In this document: piece after piece, positions 55,746 through 64,000 of the stretch
How the letters are laid out: each line of letters opens with the position of its first letter
Numbering within the stretch: position 1 is the stretch's first letter
NCBI GenBank assembly: GCA_964548225.1
Contig: CAZJQP010000005.1
Location: 20,453 to 84,452 of the forward strand
DNA from: an uncultured Blastocatellaceae bacterium
Lineage (GTDB): Bacteria; Acidobacteriota; Blastocatellia; Pyrinomonadales; Pyrinomonadaceae
DNA length: 64,000 nt
Direction: 5' to 3'
Notes under the pieces: model-generated
Told to the model about the DNA's origin: nothing
The model's input: only the letters and a program-made list of their open reading frames with translations
The model's database searches: none
Translations under genes and position numbers: made by a program

Positions 55746-56492
55746 TTAATTTTTATAAAAAACTTTCTCCAAAAAAAGACCGGAAGGCGGTGCGGTAAAT
55801 TTGGCAGGCGCATTTGAAGGAAATTTCAGAAGTCTTGCAAAACCGTCGTAAGATAAATTGCCGCGCCCGACTTCAGCAAGCATTCCGACAATTCGGCGAA
55901 CCATTTTCCATAAAAAATGGCTGGCTTTGACGCGAAATAAAATTAAATCATTCTGCGTGAAAATCTCTGACGATTCTATTTTGACGATGCTTGATGTTTT
56001 TTTCTCGCCGTCTTTTTCGCAAAAAGATGTGAAATCGTGTCGTCCGACAAGCATTTCGGCGGCAATTTGCATTGCGCGTGCGTCCAAGTTGTCTTTTATC
56101 CACCAAACCTGATTTTTCGCAAAAGCTGTGCGGCGCGTCGAAATTTGATAAAGATATTGCCGCGCAATCGCGTCTTTGCGGGCGTGAAAATTTTCCGCCG
56201 CGTTTGAAACTTTGATAATGTTTATGTCGTGCGGCAAAAGATCGTTAAAACCGTGCTGAATCTGTCGCGGCGTGATATTCGCCGTCAGTTCGGGAACTTT
56301 CAGATGGGCGATTTGTGCGAGTGCGTGAACGCCTGCGTCGGTTCGTCCCGCACCGAAAATTTCGACTCTTGACGAAAAAAGTTGCCGCGCCACGTCCATC
56401 AATTCGCCCTGAATCGTCTTCGCATTATGCTGAATCTGCCAACCGCGATAGCGCGTTCCTTCGTATTCGATTTCTAGTTTCCAAGTGTGCAT
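55746..56492 (-). CDS. truA: tRNA pseudouridine(38-40) synthase
   Basis: LEIEYEGTRYRGWQIQ...IFGAGRTDAGVHALAQIAH (catalytic Asp). Confidence 0.9.
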   Translation of the reverse strand: MHTWKLEIEYEGTRYRGWQIQHNAKTIQGELMDVARQLFSSRVEIFGAGRTDAGVHALAQIAHLKVPELTANITPRQIQHGFNDLLPHDINIIKVSNAAENFHARKDAIARQYLYQISTRRTAFAKNQVWWIKDNLDARAMQIAAEMLVGRHDFTSFCEKDGEKKTSSIVKIESSEIFTQNDLILFRVKASHFLWKMVRRIVGMLAEVGRGNLSYDGFARLLKFPSNAPAKFTAPPSGLFLEKVFYKN

Positions 56493-56499
56493 GTTTAAC

Positions 56500-57222
56500 T
56501 TAAAAGGGATCTATTATATTTTGTGGATGATAATGATTGATAATTTGAGTAGAAGGCAATGTATTGTAAATCGGAAAACCAAAGTTTAAATTTTCTTTTT
56601 GGGGCGAATTATTCCTATTTTCACTGCAAATTTTTCTAATTAAACATTGTGCCAACTCTTTCTTTGTGCCTTCAGAAATTAATTCAATTGGAATGTTACA
56701 AATAAAAATTGTTGGTTGCCCAATATTCAATAAATGCTCTCTAAAAGACTTTCTTGTTTTAGATTCTATTGTTGCAAACACGCTCAAGATATATTCACTT
56801 CCATAGAGTAAATAATGTCCACATTCACTAATTAAAAATTTGTCATCAAGAACAAAATAAACTCGATTTTCCCTTATATTTAGTTCATTACTCATCTCAT
56901 CAATTGACTGAATTATGATTTTATTTTCCACTTCAGGAAATTTCTCAGAAAAAAACGATTTAATCCATTTATTGGCATTCCTAAAACAAAGTGGAGTAAT
57001 TCCTTTGTCGTAATATGAATCAACATTTATGGGGCAACAGCCGTGAAAACCGCGCATATATCTAAATTGGCTTAAGAAACTGTCAACAACTAATTTATCA
57101 AATTCAAAATAATTGCCATCTTCAATTTCTGAAATATGACCTCCAAGTAAAGTTTTAATGTTAGGCATCCAAAACTCATAATTAAGATACTTAAAAACTT
57201 TCATACCATTTATCATTAACAC
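56500..57222 (-). CDS. Hypothetical protein, strongly AT-rich relative to neighbours (possible horizontally acquired gene)
   Basis: ORF of 240 aa with I/N/K/F-rich composition. No motif recognised. Confidence 0.5.
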   Translation of the reverse strand: MLMINGMKVFKYLNYEFWMPNIKTLLGGHISEIEDGNYFEFDKLVVDSFLSQFRYMRGFHGCCPINVDSYYDKGITPLCFRNANKWIKSFFSEKFPEVENKIIIQSIDEMSNELNIRENRVYFVLDDKFLISECGHYLLYGSEYILSVFATIESKTRKSFREHLLNIGQPTIFICNIPIELISEGTKKELAQCLIRKICSENRNNSPQKENLNFGFPIYNTLPSTQIINHYHPQNIIDPF

Positions 57223-57627
57223 TTATTTCCCGATTTTCACCTTTTCGCGGTATTGATTAACAGCGACATAAACGACTTCGGCTTCGGTTACGCGGACGAT
57301 TTGCCCGTGTGAGCCGAAGCGTTCGGCTTCGACGATGACTTTGATGGTGATTGAAGTGTTGCCGACTTTTGTTGTCGTCGCATAAAAACTAACCAAATCA
57401 CCGACGAAAACGGGTTCGTGAAAAATAACCTCTTTCATCGCCACGGTTACAAATCTGTCGTGTCCGGTTTGGCGCACGGCTTCGACACCACCGGCAACGT
57501 CAATATAGCTCAAAATTATGCCGCCGAAAATTGTTCCGTGCGCGTTTGTGTCGCGTGGCATCATCGTCAAACGAATTGCGGCGTTTCGTAATTTTTCAGG
57601 TTGTTGGTTTTCTGTTTGTTCCGACAT
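57223..57627 (-). CDS. Hotdog-fold acyl-CoA thioesterase (YciA/4HBT-like)
   Basis: NAHGTIFGGIILSYIDVAGG... and the hotdog central-helix pattern. Confidence 0.75.
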   Translation of the reverse strand: MSEQTENQQPEKLRNAAIRLTMMPRDTNAHGTIFGGIILSYIDVAGGVEAVRQTGHDRFVTVAMKEVIFHEPVFVGDLVSFYATTTKVGNTSITIKVIVEAERFGSHGQIVRVTEAEVVYVAVNQYREKVKIGK

Positions 57628-57636
57628 TTTATTGGT

Positions 57637-57966
57637 TTATTGACTAACTTCGTGGTCAATCACGATTTCTTTATTTTCTAAATCTTGCGCGTCATATTGC
57701 GCTCTGCTCATTTTCAAAATGCTGTAAAATGTTTCTTCCGCGCCTTTGCCGAAAGTCCTATCGAAACTTCCATTGCCTTGATATTCAATCAGACGATGAA
57801 ATTTTTCGCTTTTAGCTTCTTCAAAATCAAAGGTTTCCGAGTTTCCGCCGCCGCCCATCGGATGATTGAAATAGTAATCTACGGTAAATTTTCGATTTTC
57901 AAAATCAATCTTTAATTCAATGCAATTTTCAAAATTTCTTTTTCCTGTTTTCCACAACCATTTCAT
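57637..57966 (-). CDS. Small hypothetical protein
   Basis: ORF only. Start codon adjoins the thioesterase gene. Confidence 0.4.
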   Translation of the reverse strand: MKWLWKTGKRNFENCIELKIDFENRKFTVDYYFNHPMGGGGNSETFDFEEAKSEKFHRLIEYQGNGSFDRTFGKGAEETFYSILKMSRAQYDAQDLENKEIVIDHEVSQ

Positions 57967-58644
57967 TTATTTTTTCTCGATTTGCGATTGCGTCCAATTT
58001 TTCACGGCTTCGCGCAGTTCGTTTAAATGATTGTCGAAAAAATGTCCGCAATTTTCAAAATAAACCAATTCGGCGGTTGGAATTTTATCAGCTAAATTTT
58101 TCACGTTTTCGAGTGCGCCGAACTCGTCGCGGTCGCCGTGAATGAAAAGAATCGGTTTGCGAAGATTCTCCAAATAATCGAAATCATTGTATTTATCAAC
58201 CGGTGTTCCGATGCTGATTAGACGAACAACGCGGTCGTCATTTATCGCAACTTCGCTTCCCATTCTTGAGCCAAACGAAAATCCTGCCAGCGTAATTTCC
58301 AAATTTGGATAATTTTCCGTGAGATAATCCAAACAATCGCGCACGTCCTGCACTTCCGCTTTGCCGTTGTGTTCACCGTCGGACGCGCCAACGCCGCGAA
58401 AATTAAACCGCAAAGTAATCAAACCCGCATCAACAAGCCCGGCGGCGGCGCGAAAAACGACTTTGTTGTGCATCGTTCCGCCGCCCAATGGATGCGGATG
58501 ACACACGAGCGCAACGCCTTTTGCTTCGCCTTGCGGCTCTTTCAAAATCGCTTCAAGTTGCCCGACGAGAGCGGGAATAAACAGATTGCCTTTAGGATAC
58601 ATAATCAAATTTTTGATTTTAAATTTTAGATTTTCGATTAGCAA
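57967..58644 (-). CDS. Alpha/beta hydrolase (dienelactone hydrolase-like)
   Basis: VALVCHPHPLGGG..., nucleophile elbow AGFSFGS, later Asp/His (HGDRDE...GHFF). Confidence 0.7.
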   Translation of the reverse strand: MLIENLKFKIKNLIMYPKGNLFIPALVGQLEAILKEPQGEAKGVALVCHPHPLGGGTMHNKVVFRAAAGLVDAGLITLRFNFRGVGASDGEHNGKAEVQDVRDCLDYLTENYPNLEITLAGFSFGSRMGSEVAINDDRVVRLISIGTPVDKYNDFDYLENLRKPILFIHGDRDEFGALENVKNLADKIPTAELVYFENCGHFFDNHLNELREAVKNWTQSQIEKK

Positions 58645-58659
58645 ATGCGCTTGTCCGAT

Positions 58660-58880
58660 AGCTGAATTTTATTGTTCGACGAGGCTGAATATTCTATCGA
58701 AGATTTCAAATATTCGGCAGAAAAATCAGATTTGTCGAGCGAAGATTTCAAATATTCTATCGAAGAAAGTGTTTCTTCGATAGAATATTTGCTTTCGGCG
58801 AGCGACTATTTTGATTTGGCGGCAGACAATTTGCGTTCTTCGACCGAAGATTTTCAAATTTTGCCCTTCTTTATTAGAAG
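58660..58880. promoter_or_regulatory. Divergent promoter region containing direct and inverted copies of an approximately 25-bp motif GAAGATTTCAAATATTCTATCGAAG
   Basis: tattctatcgaagatttcaaatattc / gaagatttcaaatattctatcgaagaa / cttcgatagaatatttg (inverted) / cgaagattttcaaatttt. Confidence 0.5.
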
Positions 58881-58941
58881 TCTTGCGCGATTTCGTGTTA
58901 TTTTTTCTTATTCGACTTAACTTTCCGAATAGTTAATAAAA

Positions 58942-60762
58942 ATGGAAGAATTACAAACGGAAACGCCTGTTATCACGGAAGAAAAGCAACCTCCGCAGGC
59001 GGCAAAACAGACTTGGACACAGTGGTTCGGCACGGAAGAAGCCGTGCGTTGGGTTTATCTCATCTTCGGCTTTTTCGCAATTTTTATGTTGATGACACTG
59101 CTTCAGTTTTCGACAAATGCGGTTTGCTGCGGCGATTGGGACGGTTATTATCACATCCGTTGGAGCGCGGAACTTTGGAACAGTTTTAAAGCGGGACATT
59201 GGCTTCCCGAATTCAAATGGCTGCCGCTAACTGTTTTGAATCCAAAAGATTACGCCGATCATCATTTTCTTTTCCACGTTTTGCAGATTCCTTTTTTGTG
59301 GTTTTTCAATGAAGTGATGGCAGCAAAACTTGCGGCGGTTTTTTATGGAAGTCTGGCGATTTTTTCGATTTATTGGCTTCTCTTTAAATACAAAGTTGAT
59401 TATCTTCTGCTGTGGTTTTTTGCGATTTTGACGTGCGCCAATCCTTTTTATTATCGAATGAATATGGCGAAAGCTCCGCCGCTCACGATTATTTTCTCGG
59501 TTCTCGGAATTTATCTGCTTTTCGAGCGAAAATACGTTTGGCTTTTGCCAGTAATGTTTGCGTTTGTATGGACTTACAGCCTTTTTCCGCTTCTCTGGAT
59601 TGCGGCGTTTATTTGGACTTTGATTATTCTTTGGAACGAACAAAGATTTGAATGGCGACCGCTGACATACACAACGGGCGGAATGATTTTAGGCAATTTA
59701 ATCAATCCGTATTTTCCGCAAAATCTCGGATTGTTTTGGGAACATTTTGTTACGAAAATCAAAATCGGTTCTGATTTTGCTGTTCCCGTCGGCGGCGAAT
59801 GGTATCCGTATTCGGGGCAACAACTTTTGACGCATTTTCCGATTGCGATGTTGGCGATGCTTGCCGGTTATATTTTGTTTCGTCCACATCTGAAAAAACT
59901 TCCTGAAAAAGCGACCTTCTTTTTATGCTTTGTAACAATTTTGCTGATGTCGCAATTTCGTTCGATACGTTTTGCCGAATATTTTCCGCCTTTTGCGATT
60001 CTTTTTGCCGCGTTTGCGTGGCAAGCGTTTCTTGTAACCGACAAGCCGGAATTACCCGATGAATTTAAACGCGACATCGAACCGCTTTTGGATAAAGATA
60101 AACAAACCGCAAAAACTGATTATTTAGGAATTGCTAAACAAGTTGCTGTTTGGTTTATCGGGATCGTGTTGGTTGTGATGATGTATTACAATTTTCGGGG
60201 CATTAAAATCGGCAGTATCGAGCAAGAAGGAATGATCACTTCGATTAAAAATAACGAAGATGATTCGCGCTACAAAGCCGCGACCGATTGGATGAAAGCT
60301 AACATTCCCGAAGGCGAACGAATTTTTAACTGCAACTGGGACGATTTTCCGAAATTGTTTTTCTTTAACACAAAGCACTCTTACGTTTATGGTCTTGACC
60401 CGAATTATTTATATTCGGAAAATCCCGATCTTTACAAACTTCTTGGCGACATAACCGCCGGTAAAACCGAAGATGCCGCGCCCGTCATCCGCGAAAAATT
60501 CGGTTCGAGATTTATTTTTGCCGATGCTCGTGAAAACGAAGATATGTTCGCCAAATTGCTCGAAAGCGGTTGGGTTGAAATGGCTTATGAAGATTCGGAA
60601 GCGAAAATTTTGAAAATCCGCGACGAAAAAGGCGAACCGCCAAAGGAATCAACTGAAGCACCGGAAACAGACGATGAAAAGAAAATTCTCGACGAGATGG
60701 AAAAAAATAATACGGTGAATTTGAACGTATTAGATGAGGAATTGGAAGAAGATGCAAAATGA
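58942..60762 (+). CDS. Large polytopic membrane protein with an acidic C-terminal tail, possibly a GT-C-fold glycosyl/oligosaccharyl-transferase-like enzyme
   Basis: At least 10 predicted TM helices. First-loop DWDGYYHIRW motif reminiscent of the D-x-Y-x-H-x-R loop of STT3/AglB/PMT-type GT-C enzymes. Function uncertain. Confidence 0.45.
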   Translation: MEELQTETPVITEEKQPPQAAKQTWTQWFGTEEAVRWVYLIFGFFAIFMLMTLLQFSTNAVCCGDWDGYYHIRWSAELWNSFKAGHWLPEFKWLPLTVLNPKDYADHHFLFHVLQIPFLWFFNEVMAAKLAAVFYGSLAIFSIYWLLFKYKVDYLLLWFFAILTCANPFYYRMNMAKAPPLTIIFSVLGIYLLFERKYVWLLPVMFAFVWTYSLFPLLWIAAFIWTLIILWNEQRFEWRPLTYTTGGMILGNLINPYFPQNLGLFWEHFVTKIKIGSDFAVPVGGEWYPYSGQQLLTHFPIAMLAMLAGYILFRPHLKKLPEKATFFLCFVTILLMSQFRSIRFAEYFPPFAILFAAFAWQAFLVTDKPELPDEFKRDIEPLLDKDKQTAKTDYLGIAKQVAVWFIGIVLVVMMYYNFRGIKIGSIEQEGMITSIKNNEDDSRYKAATDWMKANIPEGERIFNCNWDDFPKLFFFNTKHSYVYGLDPNYLYSENPDLYKLLGDITAGKTEDAAPVIREKFGSRFIFADARENEDMFAKLLESGWVEMAYEDSEAKILKIRDEKGEPPKESTEAPETDDEKKILDEMEKNNTVNLNVLDEELEEDAK

Positions 60763-60781
60763 ATTTTATGACAACACGAAG

Positions 60782-61246
60782 ATGCGACGGAGCAACAGCG
60801 GGAAACTCGCCTTGTCGCATCGTCGTTTTGTCATATCGTTCTTGTTTTTATCCGTTTTCATATTTTGTTCCGCCTGCGGCAGAATTACGTTTTCGCCCGA
60901 AAACACAAATTCCGAGCCTGTTGAAACGGCAGAAAAATTGACAGATTTACAGCGTGAAATCCGCGATATGCAAACCGCGGATTTTAAGTTTATTTACGTT
61001 ATCAAACGCAAAGACGGCGGGGAATTCGACAAAGCCGACCGCGACTTTCTCCGTGAAAACCGCACGCCTGAAATCAATCGTTTTAGCGCGACCGACGATA
61101 AAAAAGCCTTTGTCGTTGGCTCAAATTATCCTTTTTTACCTGAGCATTGGAAAAATTTGCAGAAGCGTTTTGCGATTGAAGATTATTCAAAACCTTTGGA
61201 AGTAGTAACCGTTGAAATGAATTCGAATAAAGAAGTAAATAAATGA
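60782..61246 (+). CDS. Hypothetical lipoprotein (start taken at MRRSNSG)
   Basis: Signal peptide with CSAC lipobox. Confidence 0.5.
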   Translation: MRRSNSGKLALSHRRFVISFLFLSVFIFCSACGRITFSPENTNSEPVETAEKLTDLQREIRDMQTADFKFIYVIKRKDGGEFDKADRDFLRENRTPEINRFSATDDKKAFVVGSNYPFLPEHWKNLQKRFAIEDYSKPLEVVTVEMNSNKEVNK

Positions 61247-61262
61247 CATAGGAGAAATAAAA

Positions 61263-62447
61263 GTGGCAGAAAAAGAAATCCGCGAACGAAAACCAACCGC
61301 CCGAAGAATTTTTCTCGACCAGTCAACGCCTTCGAGTTGGGCTGTCGTGCGAATTGTTTTTATAGCTTTTATCGTCTGGAACGGTGCGGATTTCGTTCGG
61401 GCAAAATTTTCTTCGCTGACGAGTCTTTTGTTTATGCTGGTGCTTTCGATTTTCTTTGCGTATTTGATTGATCCGCTCGTAAAAATCATCCGCCAGCCGT
61501 TCAAAGAACGTCAACTCGAAAAAGTTATGCCGCGACCTTTGGCGATTCTTATTGCATATGCGTTGGTTTTCACGATTCTCGGCGTAGCAATTTCGAATCT
61601 CGCGCCGAAAGCTGCCACTCAAGCCCGAGAATTTGCCGAGAATTTGCCGAATTATGCTTCAAATTTTCAAGAACGACTGAATGAGTTTAATAAACGCTTT
61701 GAGAATTTTCAGATACCTGAGAATGTCCAAAAGCAAATAAACGAAAAAATAACCGCGAAAATCGGTGAACTCGGAACGGCAATCACGGAATTTCTCGGTT
61801 CATTGGCATTCAGCATCGGAACTTACCTGCCGTGGCTTTTTTTAATTCCTATTTTGTCATTTTTCTTTTTGAAAGACGTAAATATGTTTCGCCTTTCAAT
61901 TTTGCGAATTTTTCCTTCGGGGCGTTGGCGGGCGCGGGCGGAAGCAGTTTTGCAAGACGTAAATTTCACACTCGCCGCATACACGCGGGCGCAGCTTATT
62001 TCCTGCATTTTAATCGGTTTAGTGTGTATGCTCGGATTTTATCTGATCGGAATGAAATACACGATCTTACTCGGCATTATGGCAGGGGTTTTAGAGTTTA
62101 TTCCGCTTATCGGTCCACTCGTTTTAGCAATTACGGCAACGCTTATTGCGCTGTTTTCAGATGATCCTTGGAAAGCTCTTTATGTGATTATTTTTCTCGT
62201 TGTTTTACGGATTATTCACGACTATGTTACCTACCCGCGTATTATTCGCGGCGGGATTCATCTGCATCCTTTGGCAATTATTCTATCGGTTCTTGCAGGA
62301 GAACAAATCGCCGGAATCGCCGGTGTTTTTCTCTCAATTCCGATTGTTGCGCTCCTTACCGTTTTCTACAAACACATTCTTGAACACACCGGAAAACGCG
62401 GTCTCTTTGCCGGATTCTTGGAAGAAGGGGAGAAAGCGAGAAAGTGA
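61263..62447 (+). CDS. AI-2E family (PerM/YhhT, UPF0118) membrane transporter
   Basis: About 390 aa, 8 TM helices, characteristic ...GIMAGVLEFIPLIGPLVLAITATLIALF... segment. Confidence 0.7.
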   Translation: MAEKEIRERKPTARRIFLDQSTPSSWAVVRIVFIAFIVWNGADFVRAKFSSLTSLLFMLVLSIFFAYLIDPLVKIIRQPFKERQLEKVMPRPLAILIAYALVFTILGVAISNLAPKAATQAREFAENLPNYASNFQERLNEFNKRFENFQIPENVQKQINEKITAKIGELGTAITEFLGSLAFSIGTYLPWLFLIPILSFFFLKDVNMFRLSILRIFPSGRWRARAEAVLQDVNFTLAAYTRAQLISCILIGLVCMLGFYLIGMKYTILLGIMAGVLEFIPLIGPLVLAITATLIALFSDDPWKALYVIIFLVVLRIIHDYVTYPRIIRGGIHLHPLAIILSVLAGEQIAGIAGVFLSIPIVALLTVFYKHILEHTGKRGLFAGFLEEGEKARK

Positions 62448-62543
62448 GAAGGGGAGAAATTTTTGTTGATAAACTTGAAAGTAAAAATAACACTCAAGTT
62501 TATTAACAAAAAAAAATCTCCCCTTCTCACTTTCCCGCTTTCT
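62431..62543. terminator. Large near-perfect inverted repeat (about 30-bp arms AGAAAGCGAGAAAGTGAGAAGGGGAGAAATTTT / AAAAATCTCCCCTTCTCACTTTCCCGCTTTCT) with a nested hairpin in the loop, between convergent genes; the left arm overlaps the last codons of the AI-2E gene
   Basis: Read directly. A/T runs at the stem ends in both directions. Confidence 0.6.
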
Positions 62544-62552
62544 GTCTCTTCC

Positions 62553-63272
62553 TCAGATGGCTTCTGCACCGGCGGCGCGGTTGTAATCGTAATAAAGAGC
62601 GTTAAAATCGCGTAAGGCTCGATTTAGAATTAACGGAATTTGCGGAATGTCGTTTGAATTGATGATTAAATTCAAATTTCTGAGAAAAGCGTCGTGTGCG
62701 TTCATCGTCGCGCCTGTTTCTTCGACGGAAACGAAAAACAGACGGCGGCGTTCTGATGCGGGCATCGAATTAACTTTTTGTTGCAAAATTGCCGTTCCTC
62801 CGAATTCTGAGGCAAAATCAGGCGAGAAAAGCAAAATTTCCGTTTTGCCTTCGCGCAAGCGTTCATTTGCCTGCGCCGGAGTTTGTGCGAGATAAACTTT
62901 GTAACCGGATTCGACCAAAGTTTTGGCTAAAATATCACGCTTTGCGCCCATACAAAGCAACACCCGGCGTGGTTTTTCGCTTTTTTCATCGTCCGCATCC
63001 ATAACCGTGTTTTCGGTTTTCAAAGCTGAAAGCAGGGAACGAAGCGCATTATTTATCTGAAATTCATTTTCCTTAGCCGAAAAATCTTGTGTGTTTTCTT
63101 GCACCGCAGGCGCGGCGGCGTTTTCTTTTAATTGCTGAACGGTTGATTTCGCGCCCGGCGAAACGCGAATTAAATTTTGACAGCGCGGACACCGAACAGT
63201 AAAATTCCCGCTTGGAATTTTCGATTCATCAAGTTGCAGAGAAACAGAGCAATTATCACAGCGTATTATCAT
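62553..63272 (-). CDS. N-terminal zinc-ribbon (CxxC...CxxC) protein with a C-terminal degenerate receiver-like (pseudo-REC) domain
   Basis: CDNCSVSL...CPRCQNL. The region ...RVLLCMGAKRDILAKTLVESGYKVYLAQTPAQANERLREGKTEILLFSPDF has a CheY-like alternation but lacks the DD acidic pair. Confidence 0.5.
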   Translation of the reverse strand: MIIRCDNCSVSLQLDESKIPSGNFTVRCPRCQNLIRVSPGAKSTVQQLKENAAAPAVQENTQDFSAKENEFQINNALRSLLSALKTENTVMDADDEKSEKPRRVLLCMGAKRDILAKTLVESGYKVYLAQTPAQANERLREGKTEILLFSPDFASEFGGTAILQQKVNSMPASERRRLFFVSVEETGATMNAHDAFLRNLNLIINSNDIPQIPLILNRALRDFNALYYDYNRAAGAEAI

Positions 63273-63274
63273 AA

Positions 63275-63321
63275 TTTTGGTTTTTGGTTTTTAGTTTTTG
63301 GTCTTTGGTCTTTGGTTTTTG
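63275..63321 (-). repeat. Heptanucleotide tandem repeat, variant unit (AACCAAA/GACCAAA)n, ending 2 nt before the start codon of the zinc-ribbon/pseudo-REC gene
   Basis: + strand ttttggtttttggtttttagtttttggtctttggtctttggtttttg. Followed by the inverted partial copy gcgaaaaaccaag, which can pair with it. Confidence 0.85.
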
Positions 63322-63352
63322 CGAAAAACCAAGCCCAAAAACCAAAAGCTGA

Positions 63353-64000
63353 TTACTCGATCATATCGAGAACAGAATTTGGATTGCGCGGCGTAGGAGG
63401 CGGCATTATTATTTGAGGTTGCGATTGATGTGCGTTGGCGTAATCTTCGGTTGATGACAATCCTTTGAGTTGGAGAAGCAGATTGTTTTGATTTGTCGCA
63501 AAAGAAAGTCCGTCTTCGAGATTTATTGTGCCTTGTTCAATCATTTTGCGGATGACGGTATCGAAATCCTGCATTCCGTCAATTTCACCGTCTTTCATCG
63601 CATCGAGCAGAGTTTTGCCTTCGGATTCACCTTTTTCGATATATTCACGGGTGCGCGGATTCGATTTCAAAATTTCGACCGCGGCGACTCGCCCTTTGCC
63701 GTCCGATTTTGGAATCAAGCGTTGCGAAACGATGTAACGGAAAGTTTGTGCAAGGCGTGTGCGAATAATTTTTTCTTCGTTTTTCGGATATAAACCGATA
63801 ATGCGGTCAACGGTTTTTGCCGCATCAATCGTGTGCAGAGTTGATAAAACCAAGTGTCCGGTTTCGGCGGCTTCGAGGGCGATTTCCGCCGTTTCCAAAT
63901 CACGCATTTCGCCGACAAGAATAACTTTTGGGGCTTGCCGCAAAGCCGCACGAAGCGCAGACGAAAAATCCTTCGTATCTGCACCGACTTCACGCTGATT
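63353..64000 (-). CDS. pilT: Type IV pilus retraction ATPase PilT/PilU family, C-terminal part (5' end lies beyond the window)
   Basis: ...[58 protein letters not shown]... matches the PilT His-box region. The frame is open to the window edge. Confidence 0.85.
   Translation of the reverse strand, partial: NQREVGADTKDFSSALRAALRQAPKVILVGEMRDLETAEIALEAAETGHLVLSTLHTIDAAKTVDRIIGLYPKNEEKIIRTRLAQTFRYIVSQRLIPKSDGKGRVAAVEILKSNPRTREYIEKGESEGKTLLDAMKDGEIDGMQDFDTVIRKMIEQGTINLEDGLSFATNQNNLLLQLKGLSSTEDYANAHQSQPQIIMPPPTPRNPNSVLDMIE

Noticed and set aside
63284-63349. Simple terminator for pilT
   Set aside because: The hairpin CTTGGTTTTT-CGC-AAAAACCAAG exists but is formed from the heptamer array itself and lacks a U-tract. 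It is therefore described under the repeat instead.
1-64000. tRNA, rRNA, transposase, integrase, phage genes
   Set aside because: None was found by scanning the intergenic regions and ORF translations. The sigma/CHAT module therefore shows no classical mobile-element machinery.

Overview
Chromosomal window from a Gram-negative-type bacterium (about 45-50% GC by eye). It spans the replication origin: dnaA (53194-54642, -) and dnaN (51110-52291, -), with two clusters of TGTGGAAAA-type DnaA boxes. Most of the window is housekeeping: alaS, truA, truB, recX, ribA, mpl, a partial pilT, and NAD salvage genes (nadM-Nudix, NADAR/YbiA, nadV). Secreted proteins, lipoproteins and peptidases are also abundant (M43 metzincin, S46 DPP7-like). 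Among signalling genes is a Hanks-type Ser/Thr kinase with TPR repeats. There is also a 5.9-kb module consisting of an ECF sigma factor, a zinc-finger anti-sigma factor, a TPR-CHAT (caspase-like) protein and three small genes. This module is bounded by two related hairpin repeats and sits beside a 5'-truncated Ski2-like helicase. No CRISPR, tRNA, rRNA, transposase or integrase was seen. The window is rich in repeated DNA. The repeats found are: (i) a heptanucleotide tandem repeat family (CCAAAAT)n at five loci, always on the sense strand of the local gene and twice ending right at a start codon; (ii) a roughly 500-bp array of 21-bp tandem repeats; (iii) a REP-like palindromic hairpin family at three loci; (iv) a second hairpin family at two loci; (v) a perfect 2 x 140-bp tandem duplication across the GNAT/aldehyde-dehydrogenase junction; (vi) several long inverted repeats that fill intergenic spaces. 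All functional calls come from motifs read in the supplied translations. No database search was run.
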